Positions 1-7,175 of a stretch of DNA of 7,297 nt are shown one piece after another. The stretch comes from a virus (lineage: Duplodnaviria > Heunggongvirae > Uroviricota > Caudoviricetes), in IMG/VR virus record IMGVR_UViG_2698536355_000008. One strand, 5' to 3'. Within the stretch, counting starts at the first letter, position 1. The number at the start of each line of letters is the position of its first letter. The notes below the pieces were generated by a model. The model searched no databases. It was not told the DNA's origin and saw nothing but the letters and a program-made list of their open reading frames with translations. The position numbers and the translations under genes were made by a program.

Positions 1-95
1 GAGCGTACTGCCGGAATGGCCTTCCAACCGAGTTGACGAACTCCTGCCATGGAACGTAGTACTCACCAATAAATAAGCGTCAATACGGTGCTCCG

Positions 96-287
96 TTGAC
101 GCTTACAAATCTTGTTAGTCATTACCGCATTATGTGTTTGCGAAAGAATGGGGCTGCGTTAATTAATTTTGTGGATGCTCGGGTCACGGACGGATTTATC
201 TTGCGCGAAGGTGAGTTTGTCACTTCATTACAGGCATTGAAAGAGATCGGAATAAAAGCTGGCTTTTCTGCTTTTTCAGGAGAATAA
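96..287 (+). CDS. Hypothetical small ORF (63 aa from TTG at 96, 52 aa from the first ATG at 132); no recognisable family
   Basis: Open frame in the six-frame track. No convincing Shine-Dalgarno before either start. No similarity I can recognise. It sits where hokD/relE would lie in K-12 Qin by my recall, but it does not resemble Hok. Confidence 0.2.
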   Translation: MTLTNLVSHYRIMCLRKNGAALINFVDARVTDGFILREGEFVTSLQALKEIGIKAGFSAFSGE

Positions 288-353
288 ACTCATCTACAAT
301 CTTGCGCGGGGCTGAACTCCCGCTGAGTAACACCGTGCCACCGGAGAAAACCG

Positions 354-632
354 ATGGCACGCAACGCAAAATATTACAATTCTGATAATTCGCCCGTTCT
401 TGCCTGCACGCACGGGCGGTATTCTCACGCATTCAAGTCTGAATGGTTCCAGCACCCTCCATGCACTGCAGAACAGGCCGAATGGCTGATTCATTCTTAC
501 CGCAGGCGCGGGTTCGAGGTTAAGAAAGCTCTCAGTCTCGACTATCGGCACTGGATAATCTCTGTCAGGCTGCCTTATTCCGAACGCCCACCACGTGCGT
601 CCCGCACTTTCCAGCAACGGATCTGGAGGTAA
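354..632 (+). CDS. Hypothetical 92-aa protein, translationally coupled to the downstream DUF968 gene
   Basis: ATG at 354 is preceded by GGAGA at 343-347 (6-nt spacing). Its TAA stop at 630-632 lies inside the GGAGG Shine-Dalgarno of the next gene and 1 nt before that gene's GTG at 634. It occupies the position that rem holds in Qin, but I cannot confirm identity with Rem. Confidence 0.5.
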   Translation: MARNAKYYNSDNSPVLACTHGRYSHAFKSEWFQHPPCTAEQAEWLIHSYRRRGFEVKKALSLDYRHWIISVRLPYSERPPRASRTFQQRIWR

Positions 633-633
633 C

Positions 634-1683
634 GTGCGGGTATTACTTAGACCTGTTCTGGTGCCTGAGCTTGGGCTGGTGGTCCTTAAGCCGGGCCGTG
701 AATCCATACAGATATTTCATAATCCTCGAGTGCTGGTGGAACCGGAACCAAAAAGCATGCGTAATCTGCCATCCGGAGTCGTTCCTGCCGTTCGCCAGCC
801 GCTGGCGGAAGACAAAACATTGCTGCCGTTTTTTAGTAACGAACGGGTGATTCGTGCTGCTGGCGGCGTTGGCGCATTGTCCGACTGGCTATTACGTCAT
901 GTTACATCCTGCCAGTGGCCTAATGGCGATTACCATCACACTGAAACAGTCATTCACCGTTATGGTACCGGCGCAATGGTGTTGTGCTGGCACTGCGACA
1001 ACCAACTGCGTGACCAGACATCGGAATCACTGGAGCTGCTTGCTCAACAAAATCTGACAGCATGGGTGATTGACGTCATCCGTCACGCAATAAGCGGTAC
1101 GCAGGAGCGGGAATTATCTTTGGCTGAATTATCCTGGTGGGCGGTCTGCAATCAGGTGGTGGATGCACTACCTGAGGCTGTATCGCGTCGTTCGCTGGGA
1201 TTACCAGCGGAAAAAATCTGCTCGGTGTACCGCGAAAGCGACATCGTACCGGGAGAGCAGACCGCCACCAGCATATTGAAACAACGCACAAAAAATCTTG
1301 CACCGTTGCCTTACGCCCACCAGCAACAAAAATCACCACAGGAAAAGACGGTGGTAAGCATCACCGTTGATCCAGAGTCTCCGGAATCTTTCATGAAGCT
1401 GCCTAAACGTCGCCGCTGGGTTAAGGAGAAATACACACGTTGGGTTAAGACACAGCCGTGTGCTTGCTGCGGTATGCCAGCCGACGATCCGCATCATCTG
1501 ATTGGTCACGGGCAGGGCGGAATGGGAACAAAAGCACATGATCTCTTTGTGTTGCCTTTGTGCAGAAAGCATCACAACGAGCTGCATACGGATACAGTGG
1601 CATTTGAAGATAAGTATGGCTCCCAACTGGAGCTGATATTTCGTTTTATCGATCGCGCGCTGGCAATTGGCGTACTGGCGTAA
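634..1683 (+). CDS. ydfU: DUF968-family prophage protein (YdfU-like) with a Cys/His-rich, HNH-like C-terminal motif
   Basis: Long ORF in the track (595..1683). GTG at 634 is in frame and preceded by GGAGG at 625-629, giving 349 aa, which matches my recollection of YdfU length. The C-terminus contains CACCG...DPHH...LCRKHHNELH. It lies immediately upstream of the Q gene, as in Qin. Confidence 0.75.
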   Translation: MRVLLRPVLVPELGLVVLKPGRESIQIFHNPRVLVEPEPKSMRNLPSGVVPAVRQPLAEDKTLLPFFSNERVIRAAGGVGALSDWLLRHVTSCQWPNGDYHHTETVIHRYGTGAMVLCWHCDNQLRDQTSESLELLAQQNLTAWVIDVIRHAISGTQERELSLAELSWWAVCNQVVDALPEAVSRRSLGLPAEKICSVYRESDIVPGEQTATSILKQRTKNLAPLPYAHQQQKSPQEKTVVSITVDPESPESFMKLPKRRRWVKEKYTRWVKTQPCACCGMPADDPHHLIGHGQGGMGTKAHDLFVLPLCRKHHNELHTDTVAFEDKYGSQLELIFRFIDRALAIGVLA

Positions 1684-1696
1684 GTGGAGAACGAGC

Positions 1697-2449
1697 ATGA
1701 ACCTTGAAGCCTTACCAAAATATTACTCCCCAAAATCTCCAAAATTGAGCGATGACGCTCCAGCGACAGGCACCGGTTGTTTAACAATTACGGATGTAAT
1801 GGCAGCGCAGGGGATGGTGCAGTCGAAAGCACCACTTGGGTTGGCCTTATTTCTGGCAAAAGTTGGTGTTCAGGACCCTCAGTTTGCGATTGAAGGCCTG
1901 CTAAATTACGCGATGGCACTGGATAACCCGACATTGAACAAATTGAGTGAAGAAATCCGGTTACAGATTATTCCTTACCTCGTGAGTTTTGCCTTTGCTG
2001 ATTACTCCAGGTCTGCGGCAAGTAAGGCTCGCTGTGAGCATTGTTCAGGTACGGGATTTTATAATGTATTGCGCGAAGTGGTGAAACACTACAGACGCGG
2101 GGAATCTGTAATCAAGGAAGAATGGGTGAAGGAACTATGTCAGCATTGCCATGGTAAGGGCGAAGCCAGCACAGCGTGCAGAGGGTGTAAGGGTAAAGGG
2201 ATTGTTCTGGATGAAAAAAGAACCCGGTTTCATGGCGTACCGGTATATAAGATTTGTGGGCGTTGTAATGGAAACCGGTTTAGTCGTTTACCGACCACGC
2301 TGGCACGACGTCATGTCCAGAAGCTGGTACCAGACCTGACCGATTATCAGTGGTATAAGGGGTATGCGGACGTCATTGGTAAACTGGTAACAAAGTGCTG
2401 GCAGGAAGAAGCATACGCGGAAGCGCAATTGAGGAAGGTGACGAGATAA
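1697..2449 (+). CDS. quuQ: Late-gene antitermination protein Q (QuuQ-like)
   Basis: ATG at 1697 with GGAGAA at 1685-1690 gives 250 aa (the track ORF from 1667 is 260 aa). The protein has four CxxCxG-type motifs (CEHCSGTG, CQHCHGKG, CRGCKGKG, CGRCNGN). Position upstream of the lysis genes fits a Q antiterminator. Family assignment is from memory. Confidence 0.8.
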   Translation: MNLEALPKYYSPKSPKLSDDAPATGTGCLTITDVMAAQGMVQSKAPLGLALFLAKVGVQDPQFAIEGLLNYAMALDNPTLNKLSEEIRLQIIPYLVSFAFADYSRSAASKARCEHCSGTGFYNVLREVVKHYRRGESVIKEEWVKELCQHCHGKGEASTACRGCKGKGIVLDEKRTRFHGVPVYKICGRCNGNRFSRLPTTLARRHVQKLVPDLTDYQWYKGYADVIGKLVTKCWQEEAYAEAQLRKVTR

Positions 2450-2480
2450 ATGATTTTTGCTGAAGATGGCGACATGATGT

Positions 2481-2509
2481 TTGCATTTTTCAAAAAATAT
2501 GGATAAAAT
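2481..2509 (+). promoter_or_regulatory. Candidate sigma70 late promoter (PR'-like) just downstream of Q
   Basis: TTGCAT (2481-2486), 17-nt spacer, TAAAAT (2504-2509), beginning 32 nt after the quuQ stop. This matches the lambda arrangement in which PR' follows Q. Predicted start site near 2516. Confidence 0.4.
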
Positions 2510-2554
2510 TTTTTCAACGATGGGCTTTGTATACCCGACGTTAAGAAAAAGTAG

Positions 2555-2585
2555 AAAACCCGCTGATGAGCGGGTTTTGTGCTTT
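2555..2585. terminator. Intrinsic terminator (tR'-like), probably bidirectional
   Basis: Stem AACCCGC (2557-2563), loop TGATGA, stem GCGGGTT (2570-2576), then a T-run TTTTGTGCTTT. An A-run on the 5' side gives a T-run on the opposite strand. It lies about 40-70 nt downstream of the candidate late promoter. Confidence 0.6.
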
Positions 2586-2870
2586 AAATGGGGCAATGGT
2601 AATGTTGAATCTCATCCCGGGACTCATGTCTGTTAACTTATTATTTAGCTGGTGACTTGGTTATTTGCCTGATGTTTAAAATGTTTTCTTCCAGTACAAT
2701 GTCCCTAAACACAATGAGTCTGCTTATTATATTATTAGCAGAGCTATTACGGCCAAAGTACAGCATAAGCTTTTAAAGCCAATCAACCAGTCATCAAGAC
2801 AGACGGGGTTATTCATAAAAACTCTCCATGTGTGATCCGATGGGGCCTGAAATTAAAGCTTTAATATAGC

Positions 2871-3083
2871 TCATGAAAGGTAAACATTGGCAGCTGAAGG
2901 GCCACGCAGACCATTTATCCGGCAAAATTCCACGCGTAATCCGGTGGTAATTTCTTCTGCATCGCGGAGATTGAGCGCTGAAACATGAAGCTGGACATCG
3001 ATACGACCATCGGATGGGGTGATAAGACCCTTGCCGCTTTTGCCGTCAAAGGTTTTGACAATTCCTGTCATTTTACGGGACAA
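2871..3083 (-). CDS. cspF: Cold-shock-domain protein, CspF/CspH subfamily
   Basis: 70-aa product [26 protein letters not shown]...[10 protein letters not shown] matches the CspF/CspH subfamily from memory. The first codon is TTG at 3081-3083, with TAAGGAA upstream on the minus strand. It is divergent from cspB, as in Qin. Confidence 0.85.
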
Positions 3084-3187
3084 AAAAATTCCTTAATACT
3101 GATAACTTGGCGCACTATACACACGTTCCTGAAGAAAGCTATAGTTTTTTGATGGGGTTGAAGATGGCTGGATGTCTAAAATAAACA

Positions 3188-3216
3188 TTGCTTCATATGT
3201 TCAACTATGCGTTAAT
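3188..3216 (+). promoter_or_regulatory. cspB promoter (CspA-like architecture)
   Basis: TTGCTT (3188-3193), 17-nt spacer, GTTAAT (3211-3216), followed by GGTTTGA at 3226. This parallels the cspA promoter and start region (CTTAAT ... ACGGTTTGACG) as I recall it. Confidence 0.55.
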
Positions 3217-3223
3217 GATTGCG

Positions 3224-3383
3224 TCGGTTTGAAGAACAGACGATATACGAAGTAGTTTACTAAAGCAGTTCTCATTTCAGGTGTTATTCACTTATTCCTT
3301 CTTTGAGTCTCTCCAATTAAGTACGAAGTCGTTTCTGTTATGCAAACCATTTATGCCGAAAGGCTCAAGTTAAGGAATGTAGA
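3224..3383 (+). promoter_or_regulatory. cspB long 5' untranslated leader with cold-box-like and upstream-box elements
   Basis: About 160 nt lie between the predicted start site and the ATG. GGTTTGAAGAACAGACGATATACG (3226-3249) resembles the cspA cold box. GCCGAAAGGC (3355-3364) is identical to the conserved element in the cspA leader. Confidence 0.55.
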
Positions 3384-3599
3384 ATGTCAAATAAAATGAC
3401 TGGTTTAGTAAAATGGTTTAACGCTGATAAAGGTTTCGGCTTTATTTCTCCTGTTGATGGTAGTAAAGATGTGTTTGTGCATTTTTCTGCGATTCAGAAT
3501 GATAATTATCGAACCTTATTTGAAGGTCAAAAGGTTACCTTCTCTATAGAGAGTGGTGCTAAAGGTCCTGCAGCAGCAAATGTCATCATTACTGATTAA
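3384..3599 (+). CDS. cspB: Major cold-shock protein CspB
   Basis: 71-aa product [38 protein letters not shown]... carries the RNP1-like (KGFGFI) and RNP2-like (VFVHF) motifs. Shine-Dalgarno TAAGGAA precedes the ATG at 3384. Confidence 0.9.
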   Translation: MSNKMTGLVKWFNADKGFGFISPVDGSKDVFVHFSAIQNDNYRTLFEGQKVTFSIESGAKGPAAANVIITD

Positions 3600-3880
3600 A
3601 ATTCATCGCTCGTCTGTATACGATAACGAAGAAGGCTGATGCCTGAGTAGAGATACGGACAGAGTAGTGAATATTGGATCTCTTTAATAAAAAGTAAGGA
3701 GGTCCAATACATGAAACAATGGCTAGCATATTTGGCAAAATCTTAATCAGGAAAAGTATGCTAACCATTGTGGTGAAGTGCAGGTTTGCTGCATGAATAG
3801 TTTTACAGCAGAAGCTAACTGCTGGCATGGCAAAACAAAGTGCGTAAGTGGATGACTCCCACAAAAAGCACCACAATCTC

Positions 3881-3906
3881 AAACCCGCTCAGGCGGGTTT
3901 TTTATT
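3881..3906. terminator. Intrinsic terminator, bidirectional, shared by the convergent cspB region and ynfU
   Basis: Stem AAACCCGC (3881-3888), loop TCAG, stem GCGGGTTT (3893-3900), then a T-run. An A-run precedes it. It lies 57 nt beyond the ynfU stop on the minus strand and about 280 nt beyond the cspB stop on the plus strand. Confidence 0.7.
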
Positions 3907-3962
3907 ATCTGCTTTAAATATATTATTAAAATATAAAAAATACTTGTTACTAATAAAATCAA

Positions 3963-4133
3963 TCAGGCTACAGCTTTAAGATTTGTCTGGAATACTTTGT
4001 TGCAATGAGGGCAGATCAAAAGGGCACCTTTTTGTACTCTTGAAAAACTGTGTTCTGACTCTTGGGTGCAGTTTGGGCAGGAACATTTAACGAGATAATT
4101 ACGGCGTGATTTTGAGTTTTTACGTTCTGACAT
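3963..4133 (-). CDS. ynfU: Small zinc-ribbon protein (YnfU-like, 56 aa)
   Basis: Taking the internal Met of the 73-aa track ORF gives MSERKNSKSRRNYLVKCSCPNCTQESEHSFSRVQKGALLICPHCNKVFQTNLKAVA. It has two Cys pairs (CxCxxC and CxxC) and a basic N-terminus. The 56-aa length and location match my recollection of Qin YnfU. Confidence 0.6.
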   Translation of the reverse strand: MSERKNSKSRRNYLVKCSCPNCTQESEHSFSRVQKGALLICPHCNKVFQTNLKAVA

Positions 4134-4352
4134 AGGCTTTTCCTGTATAAATGGCCGTATACAGTACACTAAATATGAAAACATTTCTCGTATTATTATT
4201 TTATATATGACTTTCTTTCAAAATAATTACCCACATTTTTAATGTGTATGTTTTTTTAGCGCCGTTGAGAACAACGTGTGCTGTCAAAACTACCCCGTAG
4301 ACTCCGATCTTTTCAAACATATTGCACCATCCGTGTACATCGGGGTGAGGAT

Positions 4353-4568
4353 ATGAAATCAATGGATAAGTTAACAACAGGTGTTGCCTATGGCACATCG
4401 GCGGGTAATGCTGGTTTCTGGGCATTGCAGTTACTCGATAAAGTAACTCCGTCACAGTGGGCTGCAATCGGTGTGCTGGGTAGCCTGGTTTTTGGCCTGC
4501 TGACGTATCTGACAAATCTTTATTTCAAGATTAAAGAAGACAGGCGTAAGGCTGCGAGAGGAGAGTAA
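4353..4568 (+). CDS. essQ: Class II holin / pinholin (S21-like) with dual-start motif
   Basis: 71-aa product beginning MKSMDK, with Met1 and Met4 as in phage 21 S (S71 antiholin, S68 holin). Two hydrophobic segments. GGTGAGG lies upstream of the ATG at 4353. It is immediately upstream of an endolysin. Confidence 0.85.
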   Translation: MKSMDKLTTGVAYGTSAGNAGFWALQLLDKVTPSQWAAIGVLGSLVFGLLTYLTNLYFKIKEDRRKAARGE

Positions 4569-4572
4569 TCCA

Positions 4573-4880
4573 ATGACTCAAGACTATGAACTGGTTGTGA
4601 AAGGAGTCCGTAATTTTGAGAATAAAGTTACGGTAACTGTAGCCTTACAGGACAAAGAACGCTTTGACGGTGAAATTTTTGACCTGGATGTCGCCATGGA
4701 CCGTGTTGAAGGAGCTGCGCTGGAGTTTTATGAGGCAGCAGCCAGAAGGAGCGTCCGGCAAGTCTTCCTGGAAGTAGCAGAAAAATTGTCAGAAAAAGTT
4801 GAGTCTTATCTGCAGCATCAGTACTCCTTTAAGATTGAAAATCCTGCCAATAAGCACGAGCGTCCTCATCATAAATATCT

Positions 4881-4884
<4 letters not shown>
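4573..4884 (+). CDS. ydfR: DUF1327-family protein of unknown function (YdfR-like), inserted between holin and endolysin
   Basis: 103-aa ORF. Its ATG at 4573 is 4 nt after the essQ stop, and its stop overlaps the rrrQ start (ATGA at 4881-4884). Position and length match Qin YdfR from memory. Confidence 0.7.
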
Positions 4885-5908
<1,024 letters not shown>

Positions 5909-6090
5909 GGTAATATTAAATCGGAACATTTACATCGCGGAATGTAAAATTTAAATAAAAAGGACTCTTCCATGAGCCAAAATTCCTGAAATCTTAAGGG
6001 TAAGATAAAAGGTCTTAATCAGAATGACACGTTTTATTAATAAATAAAGCCATTCTTTCATTGCTGTGTTTTTCTTTACAAAAGTAATCC

Positions 6091-6119
6091 TTGCTATGGG
6101 TGGTTAATCATGCGTTAAT
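6091..6119 (+). promoter_or_regulatory. cspI promoter (CspA-like) with long AT-rich leader
   Basis: TTGCTA (6091-6096), 17-nt spacer, GTTAAT (6114-6119), followed by GGTTTG at 6128-6133, the same arrangement as upstream of cspB. The leader to the ATG at 6271 is about 145 nt. Confidence 0.45.
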
Positions 6120-6270
6120 GGTGTTCTGGTTTGTTACAAATTTATCTGAAGCAGTCATTGTTATAATTTTATTATTTGTACCTCTTGAGATTTCCTTGTT
6201 GGTTTTTCTCTCTGATATTTTTTTTCGGACCATTCTGCCCAAGGGCTAATTTCTTCAAAAGGTAATAATT

Positions 6271-6483
6271 ATGTCTAACAAAATGACTGGTTTAGTGAAA
6301 TGGTTTAACCCTGAAAAAGGTTTTGGTTTCATCACGCCGAAAGATGGCAGCAAAGATGTGTTTGTCCATTTCTCAGCAATTCAGAGCAACGATTTCAAAA
6401 CATTAACTGAGAATCAGGAAGTTGAATTTGGTATTGAGAACGGACCTAAAGGTCCTGCCGCTGTTCATGTAGTGGCGCTTTGA
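6271..6483 (+). CDS. cspI: Cold-shock protein CspI
   Basis: 70-aa product [38 protein letters not shown]... with the cold-shock-domain RNP motifs. Its position after the spanin genes matches Qin. Confidence 0.9.
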   Translation: MSNKMTGLVKWFNPEKGFGFITPKDGSKDVFVHFSAIQSNDFKTLTENQEVEFGIENGPKGPAAVHVVAL

Positions 6484-6571
6484 GGTAGACAATATTACAA
6501 ACCATATTCACTTTAGATGCCCGTGTTGTCATGGTTCCCAGTATAGAACATCATCTTTTGATGTTTCTGAC

Positions 6572-6682
6572 ATGAATCCTTTCGGGGCAAAATGTATCTT
6601 TTGTAAATCAATGATGATTACATTTGATAATATTTCACAATACTTAAATGCCAGCCGTCTGTCGTTGGATTTAAAAAAGTGA
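6572..6682 (+). CDS. Small zinc-ribbon-like ORF downstream of cspI; 36 aa from the only ATG, but the Cys motif extends upstream (see findings)
   Basis: The frame is open from 6479 to the TGA at 6680-6682 and encodes ...RCPCCHGSQYRTSSFDVSDMNPFGAKCIFCKSMM.... The only in-frame ATG (6572) lies after the first Cys cluster. An intrinsic terminator follows 6 nt after the stop. Confidence 0.3.
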   Translation: MNPFGAKCIFCKSMMITFDNISQYLNASRLSLDLKK

Positions 6683-6687
6683 AAATG

Positions 6688-6711
6688 AAGGCTCCTTCGG
6701 GAGCTTTTTTG
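6688..6711 (+). terminator. Intrinsic terminator ending the cspI transcription unit
   Basis: Stem GGCTCC (6690-6695), loop TTCG, stem GGAGCT (6700-6705), then TTTTTT (6705-6710). Confidence 0.65.
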
Positions 6712-6829
6712 CTTGGTGTCTATTCGATGGATACTCACATACTACGGTAACATCATGAAAAAAATCATAGTTTTTTTTAACTCTGAACCAGCAGTGGTAG
6801 TGCCAGCGATGACTGGAGTTAACACCATC

Positions 6830-6985
6830 ATGCGTGAATATCCAAATGGCGAAAAAACACACCTTACTGTAATGGCCGCAGGGTTTCCATCTCTGACCGG
6901 AGATCATAAAGTCATTTATGTAGCCGCGGATCGACATGTTACTTCAGAAGAAATTCTGGAAGCAGCAATAAGGCTCTTGAGTTGA
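6830..6985 (+). CDS. ynfN: Small hypothetical protein (YnfN-like, 51 aa; an in-frame upstream ATG at 6755 would give 76 aa)
   Basis: MREYPNGEKTHLTVMAAGFPSLTGDHKVIYVAADRHVTSEEILEAAIRLLS, with GGAG at 6815-6818 upstream of the ATG at 6830. The 51-aa length and position after cspI match Qin ynfN from memory. The protein sequence itself is not verified. Confidence 0.45.
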   Translation: MREYPNGEKTHLTVMAAGFPSLTGDHKVIYVAADRHVTSEEILEAAIRLLS

Positions 6986-7153
6986 TTTGATGCTATTGCA
7001 TTGATAATTCAGGAAAATTCTCTTTGTCTGTTTGTGTAAAATTTAGACTATCGTATGTTGATTATTGCGATGTTTCATCTTATCTTTTACACGTTTGCAC
7101 CATATAATCGACTTACTGTGTAACTGGAAAGTCATAACAGACTAAAAGAGGAA

Positions 7154-7175
7154 ATGATGAATATTGAAAACTTAA
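7154..7175 (+). pseudogene. gnsB: 5' fragment of a gnsB-like gene truncated by an IS5 insertion
   Basis: AAAGAGGA Shine-Dalgarno (7144-7151) followed by ATG ATG AAT ATT GAA AAC TTA (M-M-N-I-E-N-L). This resembles the GnsA/GnsB N-terminus MNIEELKK as I recall it. The frame runs straight into the IS5 terminal repeat at 7176 and stops after 7 IS-encoded codons. Confidence 0.4.

Noticed and set aside
1-353. hok/sok-type or relBE-type toxin-antitoxin module at the left edge
   Set aside because: No ORF resembling the Hok hydrophobic peptide or the RelE/RelB proteins is present on either strand.
220-432. 70-aa minus-strand ORF at the left end
   Set aside because: It overlaps the ribosome-binding site and start of the 92-aa plus-strand ORF, and has no start-site support or recognisable features.
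294-707. 137-aa minus-strand ORF overlapping the 92-aa ORF and the start of the DUF968 gene
   Set aside because: It is antisense to two well-supported, translationally coupled plus-strand genes, has no obvious ribosome-binding site, and its Arg/Pro/Gly-rich composition is typical of antisense translation of GC-rich coding sequence.
854-1698. ORFs nested in the ydfU-like gene: + 854..1057, - 1076..1339, - 1333..1698
   Set aside because: They lie wholly within or antisense to the long DUF968 coding frame and are most likely alternative-frame artefacts.
1572-1787. 71-aa minus-strand ORF spanning the ydfU/quuQ junction
   Set aside because: It is antisense to the junction of two supported plus-strand genes and has no independent signal.
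2151-2596. + 2151..2339 (62 aa) and - 2288..2596 (102 aa) overlapping quuQ and the terminator
   Set aside because: The first is inside the Q coding frame in another frame. The second runs through the intrinsic terminator and the candidate late promoter, which is implausible for a coding region.
3589-3882. 97-aa hydrophobic minus-strand ORF across the cspB 3' region
   Set aside because: It would begin inside the bidirectional terminator and is antisense to the structured region. The hydrophobic, Phe/Leu-rich translation is expected from an AT-rich sequence. A real small membrane protein cannot be fully excluded without expression data.
4278-4352. N-terminal extension of the holin ORF (track start at 4278)
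   Set aside because: The MKSM dual-start motif with GGTGAGG upstream at 4353 fits the S21-type holin at 71 aa. The 25-codon extension lacks a ribosome-binding site.
4201-4515. 104-aa minus-strand ORF overlapping essQ
   Set aside because: It is antisense to the well-supported holin gene and its upstream region, with no ribosome-binding site.
6529-6937. Minus-strand ORFs 6529..6738 and 6671..6937
   Set aside because: Both run through the intrinsic terminator at 6688-6711 and are antisense to the zinc-ribbon frame and the YnfN-like ORF, with no ribosome-binding site.
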